Shown here: positions 54,639 through 62,326 of the stretch, piece after piece | How positions within the stretch are numbered: position 1 is the stretch's first letter | Layout: each line of letters opens with the position of its first letter | Source: Octopus vulgaris | Lineage: Eukaryota | Assembly (NCBI GenBank): GCA_951406725.2 | Contig: OX597817.1 | Location: forward strand, 63,302,001-63,366,000 | DNA: 64,000 nucleotides | Direction: 5' to 3' | Notes under the pieces: model-generated | Databases searched by the model: none | Told to the model about the DNA's origin: nothing | Seen by the model: only the letters and a program-made list of their open reading frames with translations | Translations under genes and position numbers: made by a program

Positions 54639-56741
54639 CATACATACATACATATATACGACAGGCTTCTTTCAGTTTCCGTCTACCAAATCCACTCACA
54701 TGGCTTTGGTCGGCCTGAGGCTATAGTAGAAGACACTTGCCCAGGGTGCCACGCAGTGGGACTGATCGCGGAACCATGTGGTTGGTAAGCAAGCTACTTA
54801 CCACTCAGCCACCCCTACGCCTATTTTGCAACTATGTAGTGTCAAAGTTCAAACCCACTACGTAGCACAGCACCTTGGGAAAGTGTCTTCTGTTGTAGTC
54901 TTGAGTTGGCAAAATTATGTAAGTGAAATTTGATAGATAGAATCTGTGCAGAAGACACAGATTCTATCTATCTGTGTGTGTATAGTTACAGATATGCAGT
55001 TAAGCACTTTACTTTCCAGTCATGTGGTTTCTGGTTCAGTCCCACTGTGTGGTACTTTGAGTAAGTACCTTCTGCTATAGCTACAGGCAAACCAAAGTGG
55101 ATGTAGTACATGGAAACTTAAAGAAGGCTATCATATATTCTCTCTTTCTCTTTCTTTAACCCTTTAGCATTTAAACTGGCCATATCTGGCCAAAATATTC
55201 TGTTTTATGTTCAATAGGACAGATCTGATCTCTCACACCTATCCTACTATCATCACCGTTTAACGTCCGCTTTCCATGGGTTGGACGATTTGACTGAGGA
55301 CTGGCGAACCAGATGGCTGCACCAGGCTCCAATCTTGATCTGGCAGAGTTTCTACAGCTGGATGCCCTTCCTAATGCCAACCACTCCGTAGTGTAGTGGG
55401 TGTTTTTACATGCCACTGGCACGAGGGCCAGTCAGGTGGTGCTGGCAGTGGCCACACTCAAATGGTATTTTTTATGTGCCATCTGCAAAGGAGCCAGTTC
55501 AGCGGCACTGGCAATGACTCGCTTGAATGTTTTTCCATGTGCTACTGGCACAAGTGCCAGTAAGGCGGTGCTGGTAACGATCATGCTTGAATGGTGCTTT
55601 TTACGTGCCACTGGCACTGAAGCCAGTTAGCTGCTCTGGCAATGATCACACTCGGATGGTGCTCTTAGTGTTCCACTAGCATGGATGCCAGCCTTCGAAT
55701 TTCATTTTGATTTCACTATGTCATTCTAAAATTAGTCATATCATCAAAATCTCAAAGCTACAAAATAATGCATGATAAATTCAAAACAATGTGAATAAAT
55801 AAGCATTACATTTGACAGAATAATTATCATCATCGTTGAATGTCCATTTTCCATGCTGGCATGGGTTGGACAGTTTGACTGAGGTCAGGAGAGCCAGCAG
55901 CTGCACCAGGCTCCAGTATGAATGTTAAAGGGTTAAGAAATTGGCTGTGGTGAGAGTTGTAGTGAGATGTGTTTTAACACTTCTAAAAGGTCTGGAAAAA
56001 TAAAACAACAAACGACCAGGACAAGTCGTATATCATAACAGCACTTCTGTAATTCCAAGTCAAGATGTTGAGGACCCAAAGCTGGTTGAAGCAAAATAAT
56101 TACAAGTGTATGAGTTAATAGGGTTATGGAGTGACAACAGAAAGGGTGGACATTATTTACATTATTTACATTTGACGGATATTTGTCCTCATCTTGTTTG
56201 TTGTTAACCCAACGTTTTGGCTGGGTGGAAGTTTGTATATTTTCCCTAGTTGAATGTAACTTTTCACATTCTCTTGGAGAGATCAGTTCTACTATGCTAA
56301 CTTATCATAGATATTATATGAAGATATAAGCTCTATTCAGTGATACTTGTACACACAAATTAGTATTCCTCATGGGGAGAGGTGGGTGGGGGTTGTAACA
56401 AGCAGCCATGTTTAATAAAATTAAGATAAGTTTAAACGATTTAAACATATCCAATGTCATGACAAACAAAGAATGATATTGATGCAAACTATAGTTTTGC
56501 CTCCTCATTGATAAAGATGGGTGGTGGTGGTGGGGAGACTAGACAAAACATTCTAGTAATATCTGGGAGGTAGCTATATGTCACTTTAGAATATTTCTTA
56601 TTGTAGTTACCAGAGCTAAGCAAGCAGAGTAATGTCCCTTGTCTAATAGCCAGAGCTAGGTTTTTAAACTGATTATTTCATATTGACTATATGATAATAT
56701 AGCCTTGTGAGTAGATTTGATAGACGGAAACTGTAAGAAGC

Positions 56742-56783
<42 letters not shown>

Positions 56784-59608
56784 CTTGCTTCCCAACCACA
56801 TAGTTCAGTGTTCAGTTTCACTGTATGGCACCTTGGGTTAGTGTCTTCTACTACCATTACTTTGGACCGACCAAAGCCTTGTGAGTGGATTTAGTTGATG
56901 GAAACTGAAAGAAGCCCGTCATATATGTGTGTGTTTGTGTTTGTTCTCTCACCACTGCTTGACAACCATTGTTGGTGTGTTTACCTCCCTGTAACTTAGT
57001 GGTTCAGCAAGGAGGCAGAATAAGTACTAGGCTCAACAACTAAGTCCTGGGGTCGATTTGTTTGACTAAAACTGTTCAAGGTGGTGCTCCAGCATGGCCA
57101 CAGTGAAGTGGCTGAAATGAATAAAAGAATGTGTGTGTTGTAGAGTACATGCTTATTATACTTTTACAAGAAGAGAGTTGACCGTGACTTTGAAGTGTTG
57201 GACTGTCATACATCTATGAAAAAGGTATGATAAATATAACATGAAGTTTATACCATTTGTTCCCTGTGTACAATTTATTTGCTATTGTGACTATTTGCAT
57301 CCTCTGCAGTGGTTATTCATTATGCATTTGGAGGTAGATTCGCAAAAGTTCTTCAGGGGAACATTATACAGAGCTATAAATTCGCCAGTGGCAGTCCTGT
57401 ATCTAAATGTATACATAAAACTATTGTGTGTGTGTATATATTCACACAATAGTTTTATGTATGCACACATATGTATGTGTAATACTGCCTTCAGGTGAGT
57501 ACACCACCTGATACTGTATTACTGCTGTGGTCATGTATTACACATTTCAGAGCATCACCTCCTGAACAGTCCTCTACCCTGGAACTACTTCCATTCCACA
57601 TCATTCCTGCCTACACCATCTCAACCTTCTTTCTGTGCCTTCAACCACTGTTCTTTCTCCCCTCTACTACTCACTATTCTAACCATCTCTCTTATCTACT
57701 ATCATTCTCAATACCTTCTCATATCTATTGTCATGACCGACATGTAGCCCCTTATGTATCCCTGTATCTTCTTTTCTCTCTACTGTTCCTACACCTTGCA
57801 CATAATTGTATAATTTTCTGTTTTATTCACGTTCCTGAGCCACACCTATATCTCCCAGTGGTTAGAGTGTCGGACTCATAATCATAAGATTGTATTTCAA
57901 TTCCTGGACCGGGTGATGTGTTGCGTTCTTGAGCAGAAACATTTTGTTTCATGTAACTCCAGTCCACTCAGCTGGCAGAAAGGAGTAATCCTGCAATAGA
58001 CTGGCATCTTGTCCAGGTGATGAAAATATATGCCGTGGAAACTGGCCCTTATGAGTTAGTATAACTCAAGAAGGAAACTTTACCTTTATTTATACCTTCC
58101 ACTTTACCCCTCTACATATTATTTCCCTCCCTTGTTCATCACTCGCTACACTAATCTCTACTTCCACCTGTTTACAACCTTCTCCACACCCACTCATCCT
58201 TTCTCATGATTCACTGTTCATGTCCTCTCTTATGTTCACCTTCTTGATCCCTGAGAGTTTGTTCTAGCACCCCATCACTACCTTTCTCTTATCTCCTTCA
58301 GCCATATATTTCCTTTCAACACCTGGCATGCTGCACCCACCTCCATCATCCCCACCCAAGTACTTTCTCTTAGTAATTAATGGGAGCTTTATCTTTCTTC
58401 CTATTATCTTTTCTTTCTTACGGGTTACATGGCAACCTCACTAGTGCCAGAGACATGCAAAAAGCACCAAGTACACTCTGTAAAGTGGTTGCTGTTAGGA
58501 AGGGCATCCAGCTATAGAAATCATACAGAGGTGACTTTGGAGCTTGACATAGCCCTGCTGTTTTCTGGGTTCTTGTCAAACTGTCCTACCTGTGCAAGCA
58601 TGAAAAGTAGATATGAAATGATGATATCTGTGTGTGTGTGTGTGTGTGCGTGCGTGCATGTGTGCACAGGTGTGTTTGTGTCACCTCGTCTTGATATCAT
58701 GTCATAGTTGTAAACAATCAGTTTCCTATGTTGTTTGAAAATATATTTGACGTTGGAAAATATTACCTTATTGGAAACAGATAAAGGTTTGCAACAGGAA
58801 GGGCATCCAACTGTAGAAACTCTGTCTCAATGAATTCTGTCCAACTCATGCATGCATGGAAAATTGAAATCTAAAATGACAATGATGGTAATGATGAAAT
58901 TATAAAAATTTAACAATTTTGTACAACATTTTACAAAGTGAAAGAAAATGAATAATAACTAAATCTTATTTTTCCTTTTTTCTTTTTCTGTTATTTTGAC
59001 TTTTTAGGATAAACCTCATTTATCACCATTGCCAGTGGCTAGGTCACATACGTCTTCACCGCGTCGGGTATCTAATAAGCACAATGTCTACATATCTCCC
59101 CATAAGACAAACCCTGGGGGAACGCCTCATAGTGGGAAGGTGTACTGTTTCAGCATGAGTCCTGCCAAAGTAAGTAAAATACCCTTGTTTTGTTTGTTAT
59201 TAAGAGAAACTACAGTCTAAGTGGTTTTCTCCTGGTTTACATAGTGTGTATATCTGTCCGTCTGTCTATCCCTCTGTCTGTCTGTCCATTTATCCATCTA
59301 TCTATCTGTTTATCCGTCCATCCATCTGTTTGTCCATTCATCCATCTATCCATCCATTTGTTTGTCCATCTGTCTACCTGTCCGTCCGTCCATTCATTCA
59401 TTCATTCATTCATTCATTCATTCATTCATTCATTTCTGTGTTCTAGGATTTACATGCCATAAATGAAATGATCAAGAAAGTGCCTGGGAAGCGGTGCTTG
59501 GAAATCGAAGATGATATTTGCCCATCTCCAGCCAAACGCCCTGAACTTATGAGACGACTTCAAGATGTTAACAAGGATCGACAGAAGGAACAGAATGGTA
59601 CTGCATAA
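4547..59608 (+). CDS. RBL1: Retinoblastoma-like pocket protein (p107/p130 family), 23 coding exons, 5' exon missing from window
   Basis: Hand-spliced exons give one open frame of 1044 aa with RB N-terminal, pocket A, spacer, pocket B and C-terminal motifs (HWLAC, [84 protein letters not shown]). All introns are GT-AG and phases match. It is probably co-orthologous to vertebrate RBL1 and RBL2, so the symbol is approximate. Confidence 0.96.
4703..5033. repeat. Compound (TA)n/(TG)n microsatellite
   Basis: Seen directly; source of the spurious ORFs at 4699-5024. Confidence 0.95.
6546..6788. repeat. Minisatellite, ~8 x 30-32 bp
   Basis: Unit ctggataga(ca)gacacagtgtgtagatgttta. Confidence 0.9.
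7184..7552 (+). mobile_element. SINE family A with an internal 31-32-bp triplication
   Basis: atagcggttcagcaaa(a)gagaccgata repeated three times at 7386-7475. Confidence 0.8.
8147..8344 (+). CDS. RBL1: RBL exon: LIHFFSKMKKWLNMASLPQDFRDKIERLERNFSVSTVTFKKY...RSRKQR
   Basis: ttccag acceptor, gtaaat donor, 198 nt; overlaps ORF 8097..8348. Confidence 0.95.
10505..10569 (+). CDS. RBL1: RBL exon: KLPCSVTELFSFCWTMFVQVK
   Basis: ttcag acceptor, gtaagt donor, 65 nt; conserved FCW motif. Confidence 0.93.
11565..11609 (+). ncRNA. Hammerhead-like motif, one core change
   Basis: acagt-CTGATGA-cggcttagctggct-GAAG-cttcgaag-TC-actgt; GAAA reads GAAG. Confidence 0.55.
11822..11947 (+). CDS. RBL1: RBL exon: [42 protein letters not shown]
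   Basis: ttacag acceptor, gtaagt donor, 126 nt. Confidence 0.95.
12279..12502 (+). mobile_element. SINE family B
   Basis: agctggcagaa..gttagcac..gagttcaaattcc..gcctttcatcctttcggggtcgataaattaagtaccag; other copies near 9760, 16070-16490, 38782-39185 and 53255. Confidence 0.8.
13339..13733 (-). mobile_element. SINE family A nested in a hAT-like MITE (13259-13898)
   Basis: SINE pattern; flanking inverted ends tggttctcaac / gttgagaaccc. Confidence 0.75.
14410..14804 (-). mobile_element. Non-autonomous Helitron
   Basis: Minus strand starts TC and ends with hairpin cccgagcaacgccggg then CTAG; inserted at A|T inside a MITE; no TSD. Confidence 0.85.
15530..15921 (+). mobile_element. SINE family B tandem dimer
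   Basis: Two successive bodies, each ending gccccttgtggg..gtaaagaaat. Confidence 0.8.
16896..17083 (+). CDS. RBL1: RBL exon: GLPENFHNKDWKPPSEAPCIIKLLCEKHNGLVVDAKTIKEHHWKPYLKELFRKPHSKQMFREP
   Basis: tttag acceptor, gtaagc donor, 188 nt. Confidence 0.92.
17800..18198 (-). mobile_element. SINE family A
   Basis: Same family. Confidence 0.85.
19556..19620 (+). CDS. RBL1: RBL exon: ILRGNESNLAGVLDTGNFEAN
   Basis: ttccag acceptor, gtaagt donor, 65 nt. Confidence 0.9.
20682..20850 (+). CDS. RBL1: RBL exon: KAINRAYGEYVLRVGDFDETIFLENYATEEIGTPR...HQHLDE
   Basis: ttacag acceptor, gtgagt donor, 169 nt. Confidence 0.93.
21600..22910 (+). mobile_element. Highly decayed LINE (RTE-like) RT 3' remnant
   Basis: Peptide fragment FSESIAARVRMGWVKFRELL in ORF 22313..22498; ends in atccatgcaagaatggaaaa..gatgaagat, like the (GAT)n-tailed repeats elsewhere; boundaries approximate. 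Confidence 0.6.
23587..23753 (+). CDS. RBL1: RBL exon: [55 protein letters not shown]
   Basis: ctgcag acceptor, gtatgt donor, 167 nt; CDK S/T-P sites and start of pocket A. Confidence 0.95.
24471..25079. repeat. Direct repeat (~100 bp) plus short terminal inversion; possible PLE pseudo-LTR tandem
   Basis: 24471-24577 recurs at 24951-25048, then an inverted copy of its end at 25054-25079; a decayed CTGAAGA..GAAA..GTC motif lies on the minus strand at ~24710-24760. Confidence 0.55.
25420..25573 (+). mobile_element. Mariner/Tc1 transposon 3' remnant
   Basis: Encodes KLEDCCNKCVNLRGKYVE* (mariner-type C-terminus KCV...G.YVE) followed by TIR-like caggaacttttcagcac...gta. Confidence 0.55.
26379..26460 (+). 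CDS. RBL1: RBL exon: ECSRNPYKAIMNRVKEMGEIFCTNFIQ
   Basis: tttcag acceptor, gtgaga donor, 82 nt. Confidence 0.92.
26548..26773. mobile_element. TTAA-flanked MITE
   Basis: ttaacccttcgttac...gtaacgaaagggttaa. Confidence 0.85.
27738..28056 (-). mobile_element. tRNA-derived SINE, family C
   Basis: Minus strand head gcgcgtggcttagtggttagg..gtgagttcgattccc (A and B boxes); related heads at 44716-45062(-), 17210-17500(+) and 57855(+). Confidence 0.8.
28326..28712 (-). mobile_element. SINE family A (short internal deletion)
   Basis: Same family. Confidence 0.85.
29337..29480 (+). CDS. RBL1: RBL exon: PSDHPGAHSDFARNRLQLAESLYFKTLESIAVDEKKRFSAKDGNKDLT
   Basis: ttacag acceptor, gtaatt donor, 144 nt. 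Confidence 0.93.
30236..30463. mobile_element. TTAA-flanked MITE, second family
   Basis: ttaaccctttagcg...cactaaagggttaa; relatives at 3832-4059, 43984-44424, 53860-54087 and 55157-55936. Confidence 0.8.
31225..31307 (+). CDS. RBL1: RBL exon: VVLEHDIFQRSLFACCLEIVIFSYNSQ
   Basis: tttag acceptor, gtaagt donor, 83 nt; conserved ACCLEIV. Confidence 0.95.
32066..32390. mobile_element. Foldback element with 13-bp TSD (copy 1)
   Basis: ~125-bp arm palindrome at 32140-32392; flanked by ttaatttttaatg at 32053-32065 and 32391-32403; homologous to 41428-41773. Confidence 0.85.
34015..34083 (-). mobile_element. Helitron 3'-end fragment
   Basis: ctagcagtatcgcccggcgttgctc terminus shared with 14410; internal sequence differs. 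Confidence 0.6.
34130..34874. repeat. Tandem duplication, 358 + 383 bp
   Basis: Copies 34130-34487 and 34488-34870 look identical except (TC)14 vs T(TC)26. Confidence 0.92.
35149..35655. mobile_element. Two family A SINEs fused in opposite orientation
   Basis: + copy at 35149-35350 joins directly to a - copy at 35351-35655. Confidence 0.8.
36264..36298 (+). ncRNA. Degenerate minimal hammerhead motif
   Basis: gttt-CTGGCGA-a-gagc(tcc)gctt-GAAA-tg-TT-aaac. Confidence 0.45.
36587..36707 (+). CDS. RBL1: RBL exon: RTFPWIAEIFELSPCHFYRVIEMVIRAEEGLSRDVVKHLNL
   Basis: tcttag acceptor, gtgagt donor, 121 nt. Confidence 0.95.
36752..37182 (-). mobile_element. (GAT)n-tailed SINE/LINE-3' repeat with internal ~55-bp subrepeats
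   Basis: catcatcatcgtccgctttccatgctagcatgggttggacg..ctggatgcccttcctaa; other copies at 23880, 25190, 39673, 45535, 49255 and 55250. Confidence 0.75.
37520..37615 (+). CDS. RBL1: RBL exon: IEESILESYAWKSTSPLWDAIREQESIPTCEE
   Basis: tttcag acceptor, gtaact donor, 96 nt; end of pocket A. Confidence 0.95.
38617..38707 (+). CDS. RBL1: RBL exon: VSLPSQLETMTASPPLHPGIRRLVDEGKST
   Basis: ttgcag acceptor, gtgagt donor, 91 nt; spacer SP..HP motif. Confidence 0.85.
39492..39548 (-). ncRNA. Minimal type I hammerhead ribozyme motif (PLE-type)
   Basis: Minus strand: aucaug-CUGACGA-aggaaaugaauu(uuac)aauucuaauccc-GAAA-cgcg-UA-caugau; intact core and palindromic stem III (ACGCGU). Confidence 0.75.
40243..40532 (+). 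CDS. RBL1: RBL spacer exon: YQQSPSTSISGRFGSPNPGTARRKLFSTETP...TLQHGQQ
   Basis: poly-T/ccag acceptor, gtaatt donor, 290 nt; cyclin-docking RxLF (RRKLF) motif as in the p107/p130 spacer. Confidence 0.9.
40795..40999. mobile_element. Inverted-repeat element related to 39345-39470 (probable PLE pseudo-LTR fragment)
   Basis: ~48-bp arms at 40795-40842 and 40952-40999; shares gcttcaccacata..ctcacataggcaaaaagaagaaaaaaataa with the hammerhead-adjacent repeat at 39345. Confidence 0.65.
41428..41773. mobile_element. Foldback element with 12-13-bp TSD (copy 2)
   Basis: Near-perfect palindrome at 41487-41773; flanked by aataaatcaaaa at 41416-41427 and 41774-41785. Confidence 0.85.
42213..42545. repeat. 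Diverged minisatellite, ~6 x 51-55 bp
   Basis: Unit gatagaagggtaagyrgatatatctrggaaggygtgtttcagaggaaggctttgt. Confidence 0.85.
43442..43699. mobile_element. Insertion with internal inverted repeat and 12-bp TSD
   Basis: Arms 43442-43497 and 43588-43643; aatttaaacact at 43430-43441 and 43700-43711. Confidence 0.75.
43732..43926 (+). CDS. RBL1: RBL exon: VVIVQPIVSN...[40 protein letters not shown]
   Basis: aacag acceptor, gtcagt donor, 195 nt; start of pocket B. Confidence 0.92.
44123..44156 (+). ncRNA. Degenerate minimal hammerhead motif
   Basis: ttt-CTGTAGA-a-gagc(gtag)gctc-GAAA-tg-TA-aaa, inside an insert (~44051-44250) that interrupts a MITE. Confidence 0.45.
46061..46240 (+). CDS. RBL1: RBL exon: VYHLAGVRLRDLCEKL...KMWTCLEH...[20 protein letters not shown]
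   Basis: tcttag acceptor, gtaagg donor, 180 nt. Confidence 0.96.
46277..46673 (-). mobile_element. Non-autonomous Helitron, same family as 14410-14804
   Basis: Highly similar sequence; TC...CTAG termini, A|T insertion; 36 bp downstream of an exon donor. Confidence 0.85.
46970..47044 (+). CDS. RBL1: RBL exon: VATDPPQTFQNIMRCYRLQPQAQSH
   Basis: ttctag acceptor, gtatgt donor, 75 nt. Confidence 0.95.
47641..48353. repeat. Direct repeat, 2 x 339 bp with 35-bp spacer
   Basis: 47641-47979 and 48015-48353 are near-identical. Confidence 0.92.
48431..49250. repeat. C-rich tandem array, 5 units of ~155-175 bp
   Basis: Unit starts at 48431, 48606, 48761, 48934 and 49090. Confidence 0.92.
50157..50386. 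mobile_element. TTAA-flanked MITE
   Basis: ttaaccctttcgttac...gtaacaaaaagggttaa. Confidence 0.85.
50847..50979 (+). CDS. RBL1: RBL exon: VYRNVLLSSRRRRTSGSSDSSRNGTSGSSSPVTIEREDSKEKDK
   Basis: tttcag acceptor, gtaagt donor, 133 nt. Confidence 0.92.
51722..51873 (+). CDS. RBL1: RBL exon: [50 protein letters not shown]
   Basis: ttcag acceptor, weak gttact donor, 152 nt. Confidence 0.92.
51876..52381 (-). mobile_element. SINE family A abutting an exon donor; head end triplicated
   Basis: Tail (ctctttta)n starts within ~7 nt of the donor; ccacacagccactcctgcgcttat occurs three times at 52309-52382. Confidence 0.85.
53526..53582 (+). CDS. RBL1: RBL exon: VFVKRIKEFALKFSANQSN
   Basis: ttgtag acceptor, gtaagt donor, 57 nt; conserved FALK. 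Confidence 0.92.
54366..54823 (-). mobile_element. SINE family A
   Basis: Same family. Confidence 0.85.
56783..57129 (+). mobile_element. SINE family A
   Basis: Same family. Confidence 0.8.
59008..59169 (+). CDS. RBL1: RBL exon: DKPHLSPLPVARSHTSSPRRVSNKHNVYISPHKTNPGGTPHSGKVYCFSMSPAK
   Basis: ttttag acceptor, gtaagt donor, 162 nt; RB C-terminal domain. Confidence 0.95.
59250..59434. repeat. (TCYR)n/(TTCA)n tetranucleotide microsatellite filling the last intron
   Basis: Seen directly. Confidence 0.9.
59447..59608 (+). CDS. RBL1: RBL last coding exon: DLHAINEMIKKVPGKRCLEIEDDICPSPAKRPELMRRLQDVNKDRQKEQNGTA*
   Basis: ttctag acceptor, TAA stop at 59606-59608; conserved INxMI, SPAKR and RLQDV motifs. 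Confidence 0.94.
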   Translation, partial: DLHAINEMIKKVPGKRCLEIEDDICPSPAKRPELMRRLQDVNKDRQKEQNGTA

Positions 59609-59725
59609 GCATGTGACACTCACACCGACATATAGACACATTTACACATTAACATAAGCAGTTGCCCTGCTCTTCTGTTCTGTTACCATCTCTCTTCCTT
59701 TCTGTCACATTCTCTGTGTGAGTGC

Positions 59726-59772
<47 letters not shown>

Positions 59773-59854
59773 CGTTTTTTAGAAAAACAAATTTGGAGAA
59801 GCACACTCTAAGAAGTAGAACAGTCTATATTTGTTATTGGTGAAGGCCGGTTTA

Positions 59855-59914
59855 TAGGATTACCCTGGGTTTCTTGCCATAAAGGATCCCTTTATGACAT
59901 ATCTTCAGACCCTA
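59855..59914 (-). ncRNA. Type I hammerhead ribozyme motif in the left pseudo-LTR
   Basis: Minus strand reads tagggt-CUGAAGA-ua-ugucauaaagg(gau)ccuuuauggca-a-GAAA-ccc(a)ggg-UA-auccua: stems I-III and an intact core. Confidence 0.75.
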
Positions 59915-60289
59915 AGACCTGTTGGCCTATGACCTCTTTAAAATATGGAGTGGAGAACGATATGAATGTAAACAAGGGGTTTATCTCCCTTTGCTGCTGG
60001 CTATCAGCTTCTGGCTATGTTGCCATCTTTCAGCTGTGAGGGTAAACAGTAGAGGGTTCTCTTTCTCTCCCATCAGCAATCATTTTCCAGCTGTAGTGTT
60101 ATATTCACAGGCAACACCCGCCCAGAATTAAAGACCTTGAACCCTTCAAAGCTCACCTACTGAGAATCATCTTAAAACTGAAGTTCTGTAAGTCCTCTTC
60201 CTCCTTCCAATGCCAGCTCTGTGCCGACATTAGATTATTAAAAAAACTTGGATAGTTACCTAATTTTCTCCAATGAGAAAAAGGTTAGA

Positions 60290-62125
60290 CCCCATAGAAT
60301 ACAATAGGCTCCTTGAAAATAACATCACACAGACTTACAGATGCAAAGCACACATACAAGGACATGAACAGTGAAGCTAAAAAAATTAGCTAACAATTTA
60401 GAGATAGCAAATAGGGTAGAAATCCTAGCAAAAAGAAATGCTTTCATCACCATAAAAGACCACAAACCGAACTTTGCCTCTAACCCCAAGTGCCACCTGA
60501 TCAATCCAGCGAAATCAAAGATCAGTCTGGTGAGCAAACACATTTTGTGAAATATCAATAACACCACAAGAAGGGTTACTAACTTTTCCTTGTGACACAG
60601 CATCAGCGAAGTGACTGCATGGTTTAATGTCAACAAGGGTAGAGGCAGGGCAAGGTTCACCCAATTTGATATAGTCAATTTTTACCCATCTATATCAAAA
60701 GGGTTACTGACCAAAGCGCTTTCTTTTGCTAGGGGCTTTACTGGCATTAGCGACAGGGATATAGAAATCATTATGCATGTCAGGAAAACTGTACTGTTTA
60801 ACAAAGTTTCGGCATGGGTCAAGCAATCCGACCCCATGGGCTCCTTTGATGTAGTGATGGGAGTCTACGACAGTACTGACATGTGCGACCTTATAGGATT
60901 GTACATCCTGGATACCCTTAGGAAAAATTCCCTTCTTTCTTTTTTGGCCTCTTCAGAGATGAAGCCCTGGCCATCTCTAGGGGAGCAGGTGGCCATACGC
61001 TAGATAGGCTTAGGAAGGACTGAATCAGCATACTTAGTTCCATGAGATTGAAGATCACTATAGGGACCAACCTCACCATAGTGGACTTCATAGATGTCAT
61101 GCTGGACTTGGGCTCCAGTACCTATAGGCCCTACCAAAAACCAAATGAGAGGCTAACATACATTAACACAGCCTCCTGCCACCCTTAAATTAATAGAAAA
61201 CACTTTACTTACTCCCATAAATATGTCCCCATTCTCAACAGGCGCAACATTAGGGTCTCATTCAGCTGTGCCCCTAACATTAAGAGAATTTCAGTTAGCA
61301 CCCCTAAGCAACCGGGAGCGGTAGGTTGTTCATGCAGGATCTCTAACAGTAGCTCAGGGGGAAGGCTGCTACGAAACCAAAGGGGTCGTCTATCAAGCTG
61401 AAGTATGAGTAAACCCTGCCAATTTCACCGGCAGAATCCATAGCAGCTGTAGATGCAAGGACAGAACCAACAACACTGCCACCACCACCGCTGCGAACAA
61501 CCGTAGCAGCATCAACAACAACAACAGCACCAACAACAGTGCTAGTTACAACCCCAATGGCACAACACTAACATTGACCACAGTGATGTCACCAACACCA
61601 GCCTTACCAACAGCTTCTCCAATAACAGACATGACAGTGCATCCACTGACAGGCCTCGCAGCCCTGATTATAGCAGTAGTAACAGACTCAGTGTTGACAC
61701 AAACTATATCAACAACAGCAGTAGCAGCAGAGGCACCAGCATAGATGCAAATAGGGGAAGATAGCAATAATAACAATAGTAGTAACACCTTTGGCTACAG
61801 TGTTAGCAACTACTGTGCTTCCTCCATAACCGGTAATAACATTACCAACCACTCAACCCCGCCATCACCAATGACCCCAATGCCGGCAACAACATTGGCA
61901 GCATTAATAATATCAACAGGTGCATCACACTCGATCTCCTGAAAAATCCTTGAGCGCCTGGGTCCCTACATCAGTGGAATGAAGTGCTGCAAGCTATGCA
62001 TAGCCGAACGCATGGGAATCCTGAGAAACTTACATGTATCAGGGACCATACTGAATTCCAAAACAGAGATTTTCAAGTTGTGCTCGCATTTTAAGAGATT
62101 TCTGCTGGCGTTTCGGGAACCACAT
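60290..62125 (+). pseudogene. Disrupted PLE reverse transcriptase/endonuclease ORF
   Basis: ORFs 60611..61003 and 61979..62164 are pieces of it; in-frame TGA/TAA stops, frameshifts, internal deletions; catalytic YxDD reads FRDE. Confidence 0.85.
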
Positions 62126-62326
62126 AGCAGCAATAGCGAAAATAACACCACAGCTGGAAATTGATTGCTGATGGGGGAGAGAGAGAGATAACTCTCTATT
62201 GTTTACCCTCATATCTGATAGATGGCAACATGGCTGGAAGCCAGCAGCGAAGCGAGTTAAACCCCTTGTTTACATCCGTATCGTTTCGCCCTCCATATTT
62301 TAAAGAGGTCATAGGCAAACGGATCT

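Noticed and set aside
60540-61945. Selenoprotein-type read-through of TGA codons as in some Naiad PLEs
   Set aside because: At least two TGAs fall at positions where Trp is expected, there are also TAA/TAG stops and frameshifts, and the domain order is RT then EN; ordinary decay explains it.
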